64,000 bases of DNA, from positions 1,346,831-1,410,830 of the forward strand of contig CM082578.2 of assembly GCA_040954595.2 (NCBI GenBank), in the 5' to 3' direction. Both the position numbers and the translations under genes were made by a program. The notes beneath the pieces were generated by a model. That model was not told the DNA's origin. It did no database searches and saw only the letters and a list, made by a program, of their open reading frames with translations. Origin of the DNA: Balanoglossus misakiensis (Eukaryota; Animalia; Hemichordata). Numbering within the stretch: the first letter of the stretch is position 1; each line of letters starts with the position of its first letter. Positions 25,801 to 37,711 of this stretch are shown here, in pieces.

Positions 25801-28800
25801 GCGTCAACATTGATTAACCAGGCCATGCAGAGCTACCGGTAGTGGCCAGTGTCGTGCCCATTAATTTTGAGTGTTTGGTGGGGTCAACCGTTGCGTCAAC
25901 ATTGATTAACCAGGCCAGAGCTAGTGGCCAGTGTCGTGCCCATTAATTTTGAGTGTTTGGTGGGGTCAACCTTTGCGTCAACATTGATTAACCAGGCCAT
26001 GCAGAGCTAGTGGCCAGTGTCGTGCCCATTAATTTTGAGTGTTTGGTGGGGTCAACCTTTGCGTCAACATTGATTAACCAGGCCATGCAGAGCTAGTGGC
26101 CAGTGTCGTGCCCATTAATTTTGAGTGTTTGGTGGGGTCAACCTTTGCGTCAACATTGATTAACCAGGCCATGCAGAGCTAGTGGCCAGTGTCGTGCCCA
26201 TGAATTTTGAGTGTTTGGTGGGGTCAACCTTTGCGTCAACATTGATTAGCCAGGCCAGAGCTAGTGGCCAGTGTCGTGCCCATCACTTTTGAGTGTTTGG
26301 TGGGGTCAACCTTTGCGTCAACCTTGATTAACCAGGCCATGCAGAGCTAGTGGCCAGTGTCGTGCCCATCAATTTTGAGTGTTTGGTGGGGTCAACCTTT
26401 GCGTCAACATTGATTAACCAGGCCATGCAGAGCTAGTGGCCAGTGTCCTGCCCATCAATTTTGAGTGTTTGGTGGGGTCAACCTTTGCGTCAACATTGAT
26501 TAACCAGGCCATGCAGAGCTAGTGGCCAGTGTCGTGCCCATCAATTTTGAGTGTTTGGTGGGGTCAACCTTTGCGTCAACATTGATTAACCAGGCCATGC
26601 AGAGCTAGTGGCCAGTGTAGTGCCCATCAATTTTGAGTGTTTGCAGGTGTGATCAACCTTTGCGTCAACATTGATTAACCAGGCCATGCAGAGCTAGTGG
26701 CCAGTGTAGTGCCCATCAATTTTGAGTGTTTGCAGGTGTGGTCAACCTTTGCGTCAACATTGATTAACCAGGCCATGCAGAGCTAGTGGCCAGTGTAGTG
26801 CCCATCAATTTTGAGTGTTTGCAGGTGTGGTCAACCTTTGCGTCAACATTGATTAACCAGGCCATGCAGAGCTAGTGGCCAGTGTAGTGCCCATCAATTT
26901 TGAGTGTTTGCAGGTGTGGTCAACCTTTGCGTCAACATTGATTAACCAGGCCATGCAGAGCTAGTGGCCAGTGTCCTGCCCATCAATTTTGAGTGTTTGG
27001 TGGGGTCAACCTTTGCGTCAACATTGATTAACCAGGCCATGCAGAGCTAGTGGCCAGTGTCGTGCCCATCAATTTTGAGTGTTTGGTGGGGTCAACCTTT
27101 GCGTCAACATTGATTAACCAGGCCATGCAGAGCTAGTGGCCAGTGTAGTGCCCATCAATTTTGAGTGTTTGCAGGTGTGATCAACCTTTGCGTCAACATT
27201 GATTAACCAGGCCATGCAGAGCTAGTGGCCAGTGTAGTGCCCATCAATTTTGAGTGTTTGCAGGTGTGGTCAACCTTTGCATCAACATTGATTAACCAGG
27301 CCATGCAGAGCTAGTGGCCAGTGTAGTGCCCATCAATTTTGAGTGTTTGCAGGTGTGGTCAACCTTTGCGTCAACATTGATTAACCAGGCCATGCAGAGC
27401 TAGTGGCCAGTGTAGTGCCCATCAATTTTGAGTGTTTGCAGGTGTGGTCAACCTTTGCGTCAACATTGATTAACCAGGCCATGCAGAGCTAGTGGCCAGT
27501 GTCGTGCCCATCAATTTTGAGTGTTTGCAGGTGTGGTCAACCTTTGCGTCAACATTGATTAACCAGGCCATGCAGAGCTAGTGGCCAGTGTCGTGCCCAT
27601 CAATTTTGAGTGTTTGCAGGTGGGGTCAACCTTTGCGTCAACATTGATTAACCAGGCCATGCAGAGCTAGTGGCCAGTGTCGTGCCCATCAATTTTGAGT
27701 GTTTGCAGGTGGGGTCAACCTTTGCGTCAACATTGATTAACCAGGCCATGCAGAGCTAGTGGCCAGTGTCGTGCCCATCAATTTTGAGTGTTTGGTGGGG
27801 TCAACCTTTGCGTCAACATTGATTAACCAGGCCATGCAGAGCTAGTGGCCAGTGTCGTGCCCATCAATTTTGAGTGTTTGGTGGGGTCAACCTTTGCGTC
27901 AACATTGATTAACCAGGCCATGCAGAGCTAGTGGCCAGTGTCGTGCCCATCAATTTTGAGTGTTTGGTGGGGTCAACCTTTGCGTCAACATTGATTAACC
28001 AGGCCATGCAGAGCTAGTGGCCAGTGTCGTGCCCATCAATTTTGAGTGTTTGGTGGGGTCAACCTTTGCGTCAACATTGATTAACCAGGCCATGCAGAGC
28101 TAGTGGCCAGTGTCGTGCCCATCAATTTTGAGTGTTTGGTGGGGTCAACCTTTGCGTCAACATTGATTAACCAGGCCATGCAGAGCTAGTGGCCAGTGTC
28201 GTGCCCATCAATTTTGAGTGTTTGGTGGGGTCAACCTTTGCGTCAACATTGATTAACCAGGCCATGCAGAGCTAGTGGCCAGTGTCGTGCCCATCAATTT
28301 TGAGTGTTTGGTGGGGTCAACCTTTGCGTCAACCTTGATTAACCAGGCCATGCAGAGCTAGTGGCCAGTGTCGTGCCCATCAATTTTGAGTGTTTGGTGG
28401 GGTCAACCTTTGCGTCAACCTTGATTAACCAGGCCATGCAGAGCTAGTGGCCAGTGTCCTGCCCATCAATTTTGAGTGTTTGGTGGGGTCAACCTTTGCG
28501 TCAACATTGATTAACCAGGCCATGCAGAGCTAGTGACCAGTGTCCTGCCCATCAATTTTGAGTGTTTGGTGGGGTCAACCTTTGCGTCAACATTGATTAA
28601 CCAGGCCATGCAGAGCTAGTGACCAGTGTCCTGCCCATCAATTTTGAGTGTTTGGTGGGGTCAACCTTTGCGTCAACATTGATTAACCAGGCCATGCAGA
28701 GCTAGTGGCCAGTGTCGTGCCCATCAATTTTGAGTGTTTGGTGGGATCAACCTTTGCGTCAACATTGATTAACCAGGCCATGCAGAGCTAGTGGCCAGTG

Positions 28801-30530
28801 TCGTGCCCATCAATTTTGAGTGTTTGGTGGGGTCAACCTTTGCGTCAACATTGATTAACCAGGCCATGCAGAGCTAGTGGCCAGTGTCGTGCCCATCAAT
28901 TGTGAGTGTTTGGTGGGGTCAACCTTTGCGTCAACATTGATTAACCAGGCCATGCAGAGCTAGTGGCCAGTGTCGTGCCCATTAATTTTGAGTGTTTGGT
29001 GGGGTCAACCTTTGCGTCAACATTGATTAACCAGGCCATGCAGAGCTAGTGGCCAGTGTCGTGCCCATCAATTTTGAGTGTTTGGTGGGGTCAACCTTTG
29101 CGTCAACATTGATTAACCAGGCCATGCAGAGCTAGTGGCCAGTGTCGTGCCCATCAATTTTGAGTGTTTGGTGGGGTCAACCTTTGCGTCAACCTTGATT
29201 AACCAGGCCATGCAGAGCTAGTGGCCAGTGTCCTGCCCATCAATTTTGAGTGTTTGGTGGGGTCAACCTTTGCGTCAACCTTGATTAACCAGGCCATGCA
29301 GAGCTAGTGGCCAGTGTCCTGCCCATCAATTTTGAGTGTTTGGTGGGGTCAACCTTTGCGTCAACATTGATTAACCAGGCCATGCAGAGCTAGTGACCAG
29401 TGTCCTGCCCATCAATTTTGAGTGTTTGGTGGGGTCAACCTTTGCGTCAACATTGATTAACCAGGCCATGCAGAGCTAGTGGCCAGTGTCGTGCCCATCA
29501 ATTTTGAGTGTTTGGTGGGGTCAACCTTTGCGTCAACATTGATTAACCAGGCCATGCAGAGCTAGTGGCCAGTGTCGTGCCCATCAATTTTGAGTGTTTG
29601 GTGGGGTCAACCTTTGCGTCAACATTGATTAACCAGGCCATGCAGAGCTAGTGGCCAGTGTCGTGCCCATTAATTTTGAGTGTTTGGTGGGGTCAACCTT
29701 TTCGTCAACATTGATTAACCAGGCCATGCAGAGCTAGTGGCCAGTGTCGTGCCCATTAATTTTGAGTGTTTGGTGGGGTCAACCTTTGCGTCAACATTGA
29801 TTAACCAGGCCAGAGCTAGTGGCCAGTGTCGTGCCCATTAATTTTGAGTGTTTGGTGGGGTCAACCTATGCGTGAACATTGATTAACCAGGCCATGCAGA
29901 GCTAGTGGCCAGTGTCGTGCCCATTAATTTTGAGTGTTTGGTGGGGTCAACCTTTACGTCAGCATTGATTAACCAGGCCAGAGCTAGTGGCCAGTGTCGT
30001 GCCCATTAATTTTGAGTGTTTGGTGGGGTCAACCTTTGCGTCAGCATTGATTAACCAGGCCAGAGCTAGTGGCCAGTGTCGTGCCCATTAATTTTGAGTG
30101 TTTGGTGGGGTCAACCTTTGCGTCAGCATTGATTAACCAGGCCAGAGCTAGTGGCCAGTGTCGTGCCCATTAATTTTGAGTGTTTGGTGGGGTCAACCTT
30201 TGCGTCAGCATTGATTAACCAGGCCAGAGCTAGTGGCCAGTGTCGTGCCCATTAATTTTGAGTGTTTGGTGGGGTCAACCTTTGCGTCAACATTGATTAA
30301 CCAGGCCAGAGCTAGTGGCCAGTGTCGTGCCCATTAATTTTGAGTGTTTGGTGGGGTCAACCTTTGCGTCAGCATTGATTAAGCAGGCCAGAGTGGCCAG
30401 TGTCGTGCCCATTAATTTTGAGTGTTTGGTGTGGTCAACCTTTGCGTCAACATTAACCTGGCCAGACAGTAACCAGGCCAGAGTGGACAGTATCCTGCCT
30501 ATTAATTTTGAGTGATTTGTGGGTCAATTT
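22819..30530. repeat. Satellite DNA array, roughly 90 monomers of 82/86/89 bp
   Basis: Consensus GAGCTAGTGGCCAGTGTCGTGCCCATCAATTTTGAGTGTTTGGTGGGGTCAACCTTTGCGTCAACATTGATTAACCAGGCCA(TGCA); no unique spacers; degenerates at the right end. Confidence 0.98.
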
Positions 30531-31473
30531 GATCAAATACTGCCTACTGCTGGCGCTGCATATTTGAAGAAATGTGAAAAGATGGCAAGACAGGTTTGGT
30601 AAGTGTGGGCCCCCTAACTGAAGCAAAAGCACTAACTGAAAACAAAGATATGAATTTGGAATAGTTTTATTTATTACATATGAAAAATAATGAAGACTTA
30701 TGCTTCAAAGTAAGTATCGACGGAGTCGAACCGCCAATGCTGCAATGGCATTATACCCATAATACTTTTTTGCTTTTTGCATGAATTTCATTATTTTTCA
30801 TATGCTGTGCAGCTAAAGTGTGGCTAGATGGCTAACTGCTGATGTAAAATATCTTGCATACCAATTTGGAACAATTACCCCAAGTATAGTGGTCAAACAG
30901 AAACAATGCTTGCATTCAATTTGAAACAAGGTGACAAAAGTGGTCGAAATGAAACAATGAGCAAAAACAGTGTTTATCAAACTGAAATAATGTGGTCGAA
31001 ATGAAACAATGAGCAAAAACAGTGTTTATCAAACTGAAAAAATGTGCCAAAATAGCTCCTGTTGATATTGCACAAAATTAACTGTTGCATTCTACCCTTG
31101 AGTTAATTTTTATTTCCAGGCAATTATGTGCTTAATACTAAATATTATCTATGGGTAAAAACCATCAGTTTCTTAAGTGCAAATCGCAAGAAGCTCCCCC
31201 ATACAATTTTAGTGTTTTTTTAAATCAAGCAAGATAATTACATTCTGTGTGATAAACTAACTAACTTTACGCGCCTGGGGACAGTTAAAAACCTCGAGCC
31301 AAATATAAAATGAGGAAAAACTGCCCCCTCCCCCGTTGTGAATTTTAAAAGGTTGGGGCTCAAACTAACCAGAATTGTCTTGTCGACTCCTATTTTTCTG
31401 TGTACATTTTGATGTATTGTTGTTGCGTGAGATTGAGGATTTGTGTTGATGCGGGAATTACGATGACGAAAGC

Positions 31474-31670
31474 AAAAAATCCATCGGCGAATCAAACGGG
31501 CACACAGCGAAATTCCATTACACGACGAGCGAACTGCGATGAAGAACGCGAACGCGGGTAACGTTGTAAAAAATCCATCGGCGAATCAAACGGGCACACG
31601 GCGAAATTCCATTACACGACGAGCGACCTGCAATGAAGAACGCGAACGCGGGTAACGCTGCAAAAAATCC
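31474..31670. repeat. ~94-bp CpG-rich tandem repeat, about 2 copies
   Basis: aaaaaatccatcggcgaatcaaacgggcacac... at 31474 and 31568. Confidence 0.85.
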
Positions 31671-32090
31671 GCAGACAATTATTACACGAATGCATAGCAA
31701 CAATTATTTTACCCAACCTGACCCTAATAAATTACCCAATGATTTTAAGTTTCTTATTATTACACCCCCAACTAATCATCATACCTTTGTAATATTAACA
31801 CCATTTATACACATCCCATAATGTTTATACCATCAAGTTAATACCATTTTATTATTATTATACCACCAAAACCTTGTGTTACCCATTTTTTATTATTACA
31901 CCATTGATGTTTACACCCTTATATATTATACCGGTATTTACCCTCTGTACATGTACAGTTTTTATTTACCACGTGGCATTACTCATGTTTTTATAGTATT
32001 TTAATTACTTATCATACCCTTGAAACCATAACATTATACCCTTGCAGACAGTTTTGTTATAGTACCCTTGTGCACACTGTTTTATTAGTC

Positions 32091-32270
32091 ATCATACACC
32101 AACCCTTCACCATTCCATTAGATTATACCATTTTTATTAGCCTAACCTATTCATACACCAACCCTTCACCATTCCGTTAGATTATACCATTTTTTATTAC
32201 CCTAACATATTCATACACCAACCCTTTACCATTCCCTCAGATTAAACCATTTTTATTAGCCTAACCTATT
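32091..32270. repeat. ~60-bp tandem repeat, 3 copies
   Basis: catacaccaacccttcaccattcc..agattataccattttt..cctaacctat repeated. Confidence 0.85.
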
Positions 32271-32452
32271 GACAGCATCCCTCTGGTTTTGAAATTGTTA
32301 TCTGGTGCGGCGTTGTTGTAGATATTGATTAGACTCCCTCCGGCGATGATAATACCAATGAACCTATTGAAAAAAAAGAATGAATATTATTAATTAGATC
32401 AGATCAACAAATCATGGCGTCGTTCATCCCTCTGGTCACAGAAGCATCATCT

Positions 32453-32885
32453 GGCGTCGTTACAAGTATTAAGTTCATCCCTCCAGTACAGTATTAGGTG
32501 GCGGCGTCGTTACAAGTTTAAGTTGATCCCTCCAGTACAGTATTAGGTGGCGGCGTCGTTACAAGTATTAAGTTCATCCCTCCAGTACAGTATTAGGTGG
32601 CGGCGTCGTTACAAGTTTAAGTTCCTCCCTCCAGTACAGTATTAGGTGGCGGCGTCGTTACAAGTATTAAGTTCATCCCTCCAGTACAGTATTAGGTGGC
32701 GGCGTCGTTACAAGTTTAAGTTCCTCCCTCCAGTACAGTATTAGGTGGCGGCGTCGTCGTTACAAGTATTAAGTTCCTCCCTCCAGTACAGTATTAGGTG
32801 GCGGCGGCATTACAAGTATTAACTTCATCTATCCAGTACAGTATTAGGTGGCGGCGTCGTTACAAATATTACACTCCCTCCAGCA
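32453..32885. repeat. 49/50-bp minisatellite, about 9 copies
   Basis: GGCGTCGTTACAAGT(A)TTAAGTTCATCCCTCCAGTACAGTATTAGGTGGC, with alternating 50- and 49-bp units in the middle. Confidence 0.95.
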
Positions 32886-33641
32886 GCAGTGTTACCAAAG
32901 AACCTAATGTAAAAAAAGAATGAAATTATTTTTATTATCTGATTAGATCAAGTCATCATCATTGATAAAGAAAACGATAAGAAGAAATCATTTAAAAATT
33001 AACGCTGCCAGCACTATTGGTGGGGCCCAAACGGTTCCCATGGTTACCAGGGTATGCCAAGGCTGTATTCTGCTGTGAATACCAAGATATATGAAAGCTG
33101 GTCAAAGGTTACCCCGGGGTCATTGAAAATCGCAAAAAATAGCGTCAAGGACACTGTGGTCTCATTTAGTGATTACACTAGAAAATGTCTACACAGGAGT
33201 ACAGACAGACAGACACACACATAGAGAGGCAATAAAATATGATGCCCCCCAGGCCCGAAAACATCTTGATCTTATGTATGCTGGCCTGGTACAATAGACA
33301 AACCAGCCAATTAATGAAAATGTTGTACAAATACAGAGCTCAAAGTTGCATTTTAGTGAGCCCAAAAGCAAATTAACTCAATGTTACGACAAATTTTACT
33401 TTTGCCACTGAAAGTTTGCATCGGTGGGGTGGGATGGCAAGTACTCTGCCCTGATACAATAGACAAACCAGCCAATAAATGAAATGAGGTGAAGAATGAA
33501 GGTGAAGAATGAATAACTTTATTTGATTCCATTATCTAAACAAACACATCCAATTAACTTCCTACTCAAATTTCAAAGTAATCAGTCATAGGTTTTGTAA
33601 ATCATCATGAGAAAACACCCTGAAACCTTCAAATCAAAAAT

Positions 33642-33896
33642 CATATAAGCCTAGTCGGGCTCTGCGCTCCAGCTCAATGAACCAGTTGTGTGTACCAAAG
33701 TACAGACTCAAAACAATTCTCTGCCATCTGACATTCAACAGGCTTCTAGTCTCAACATTTTCAAACAAAAACTCAAGACATTTCTATTTGTCAAAGCCTA
33801 CGAACACTGATGTTATACTTTCAGCGCCTTTGGAAATAACATTGTTATTGATTCTGGCGCTTTATAAATGTTTGTTTTGATTTGATTTGATTTGAT
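33642..33896 (+). mobile_element. L2-type LINE 3' fragment
   Basis: YKPSRALRSSSMNQLCVPKYRLKT / NSLPSDIQQASSLNIFKQKLKTFLF, 3' hairpin cagcgcc...ggcgct, ataaatg and (GATTT)n tail. Confidence 0.85.
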
Positions 33897-36800
33897 CCCT
33901 CAAAAATATACTATTCAATTCATCAAGTTGATTTGAAAAACATACATGCAAATCTTACTTGAGCTACCCCTAACATGACTAACAAATTTTAAAGCAATGG
34001 AACAAGCGGTTTCAGAGAAAAAAAATTAATTAAACAAGGCTGAAATTGCTCCAAAATTATCAATATGCAAATTTTGCAACATTTCAACAAAAGTCTTGTA
34101 ACTCATATCACCTATATGAAGCTTCATACTAAAATTTCAAAGAAGTTGACTCATCAATTATAGATAAGTAGATTTTTTACCACAAATGAGGAAAAAGGCA
34201 AAAAATGCATAAAATAGAACATTCAAACTATTAGTTCAAAAAATACAGGATTGTATGTGGTTGACATAGGGTACTTGCATACCAATTGTCAAATCAATCT
34301 GTAAATTATCATGAGAACAAACCCTGAAACCTTTAAATCAAATTTTAAAGCAGTGGGGGTAGAGGGGGAACAGTACGATATTTTACCCACAATTCCCCAT
34401 GATTTGTATCATCGAGATTGTCCATTTAATTACTTTCTGTTTTAGATACTAAGAATGATATGAAGTACATATAACTGTATTAGGATTTATCTAGAAAAAT
34501 TATGTTGAGGAATTAGAGTGAAAATTTCAAAATCAAAATTTAAAAGCCATAGAAATCAAAGTATTCATTCATGTACGTCAAATGTCACACTTAAGAGGAA
34601 AGAAGCAATGACTAACTGAGGTGGCCAGTCTCTGTTGAAAGTTAACATGTAAATTTCCATTGTTCTGTCAATAGAAAAAAAATCAATATCTTTTTGTTTG
34701 ATTAAACAAGTGTTTCAAGTGTCCCTGTTTTACTTCAATCTTTTTTGTATCGGCTGGCTATGCAATTGCTTATTTTATAAAATTTGTATCTCCTCTTTCA
34801 ATAATGCATGATTTTGTTTGTCATTTGAAATGGTAATTGACAATAAGATTCGCCTTTAAAGCATGCTCTCAAAATTTGTATTAGTGGTCTACAATTTTCT
34901 CTACACATGTGAACTTTGCCTGGTTTGACCGAGTAATCTCTGGTTGTACAAATCAGAATGATTCATGGGATATTTCACGTACTGTGGGGGGTTCTGAGAA
35001 GAGTTTTGACCAAAAATGGCAAAAATCATCCCAAAAATATACTATTCAATTCATCAAGTTGATTTGAAAAACATACATGCAAATCTTACTTGGGCTACCC
35101 CTAATATGACTAACAAATTTCAAAGCAATGTAACAAGCGGTTTTAGAAAAAAAAATTCAAAAAGGGCCGAAATTGCTCCAAAATTATGAATATGCAAATT
35201 TCCTACATTTTAACAAAAGTATGGTAACTCATATCACCTATATGAAGCTTCATACTAAATTTCAAAGAAGTCGTCTCATCAATTCTAGAAAAGTAGATTT
35301 TTTACCAAAAATGAAGAAAAAGGCAAAAAATGCTTAAAATAGAACATTCAAACTATTCAAAATACAGGACTGTATGTGGTTGACACAAGGTACTTGCATA
35401 CCAATTGTCAAATCAATCTGACCAGTGGTTGTCGAGTTTCTGAGTTTTGACCAATTTCAAATTTTCCCAGCTAATTTGCATTAATTTAAAAATTTCAATT
35501 GAATATGGCTGCCAGATCAAATGACTGATTTGAATTTCAAGGTGCACACTCATTGGCAAGGACAACTGTGACAAATTCAAGAAGCATAGGTGTGGCAGGT
35601 TTTCAGAGCAAGGTGTACAAAATATCCAGGGAATGGGGCCCAAGCTCCGAAAAACCCAGCACAATACCAATAGGGACTCATATTACTAACAAAGTGTAAG
35701 CCTGTAAGAAGTCAAAAGCTGCACATCTTTTTACCACCTCGTGTCAGTACTAAGCAATAAGACTTTTTATAGAGTTGTTTAATTGTCTCTGCAGATGCCA
35801 GAGATTGAAAAAGAATCCTACAAGTTAAGATTTTAAGAAACAATGATAGCTATTTCTATTACTGTTTGTAAACAAAAATGTGATGTTCACCACCTTGTTT
35901 TCAGAAAAGTATTTACATAAATGTTTTTCCATAGAGTTAACACAGACATTGGCAGCCATCTTGAATTTCAAAAACTGCAACAATATCTCCAATGCAACAA
36001 ATCTGCAAATTGTACTATTTGACACCTGACTTAGGTCAAGGGGTTTCAGAGAAGATGACTACTATTCAGACTCGGACAAAATAATAATGCAATATTCAGC
36101 AGAATTTCAAAAGCATTGACTATGATCACCAAGGGACAATTCATACCAATCATCAAATCAATTAGACGTACCTATTTTAAAGATCATTATGAAAACTTTA
36201 CAGATTCGGTTATAATGTAAATAAAATTAGATCACCCCTGTGGACATGGCAATCAGACATGCATATTCTGACAAGATTTTTTGTTTGTATAAAAAGGCAA
36301 CTGTCTCCAAAATACAAAATTACAGATTATGTCACATACCTCAGGGAGATCCATACTAAATTTCAGAGAAAATTTCCCCCCAAATATGCAAATTTCACCA
36401 TATTTTGAAGAAACAACTTGTGTCATACCTAGAAACCTGCAAAGTCAAAGTAATCTACGAGCTTAGCTTTTTTCTTCCAAAAACAGCAAAAAACTTGTTC
36501 CAAACTACAAATATGCAGAATTCAACACAATTTGAACACGCAGTACTTCGCTACCCCAAGAAACCTGCACACCAAATTTGAAAGCACTTGCACCAGTGAT
36601 TTCAGAAAAGAAAAGTGTTGACAGACATAGGATGACTGAACATCTATCTACCTGTCTGATAACTTTTGCAGTGCTGAGAGCAGAGCTAGAGATTGGTGTT
36701 GTCTTTTTACATTTTAAATCATCACACTTTGCTACTCAAAGCTACTATTCTGCTATGCTTGAGAACTGACTTGGGACAATTTTTGGCAAACAATAGTCAC

Positions 36801-37514
36801 TAATCTTCCTCAGTTTATAGTACAGTGTACCTACACTGTTTTAGTAATGTACTGATAATGTTCAGACTATTTCTTGTGTCTGCTAAATATTTGTTCAAAA
36901 GTGGCAAAAACACATACATGTAAATATCACCAAAATTGTTCAAAATCTTAACTTCAATCACCACAAGGAACATGCCTGCCAAAATGCGAAACAATCAAAG
37001 CTATCTGACAAGCGGTCTCAGAGGGAAAAAATGACAAAAAAATTATTATCAAAATTATAAATATGCAATTTTTGCAACAATCTGAACAAAACCATGGTTA
37101 CTCAGACAACCTATAAGAAGCTTCATACTAAATTTCAAAGAAGTAGGCCGATCACTTTCAGAAATGAAGATTTTTTACCAATAATGTTGAAAAATACAAA
37201 CAAATGCATCAAAAATAGAAAATCAATATTAGCTCAAAACATACAGGACTGTATGAGGTAGACATAAGGTACTTGCATACCAATTTCCAAATCAATCTGA
37301 CCAGCAGTTGTTGACTTTTGCGAGTTTTGACCAATTTCACATTTTTCCAGCTAATTTGCATATTTTTGGTAATGACAACTTCATGTTAACAAACTCCAAT
37401 CTACAGCCCAGCCTGCATCTGCACACCAAATATCGAGGTGATACGCACAACGGTTTTCAAGTTTTTGATGTGGACGGACATACAGACATACATCCATACA
37501 AACAGACAGACATA

Positions 37515-37711
37515 CTGTAAAACACTTTATTTTCGCGAGCAATTAATTTTCGCCAAATACGCGAGAGCCAAAATAACGTTAAAATACAAAGTCGCGTAAA
37601 TGTTTTTGAAGATAACGATGCAGTGAATTAAATAAGAGAACGCGAAAATTAATACTCGCGAAACAGTGGCCTCTCTCGATATCGCGAAAAATTTAACTCG
37701 TGAAAATACAG
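37515..37711. mobile_element. TA-flanked MITE (Tc1/mariner/pogo-type)
   Basis: TA|CTGTA...TACAG|TA with internal inverted ttttcgcga/cgcgaaaa motifs, inserted in an (ACAT/ACAG)n tract. Confidence 0.8.

Noticed and set aside
22819-30530. Possible CRISPR array
   Set aside because: Units are contiguous near-identical monomers without unique spacers, no cas genes are present, and the context is eukaryotic.
34340-36040. Possible Kolobok-like TTAAAG...CTTTAA elements
   Set aside because: Termini too degraded to pair with confidence.
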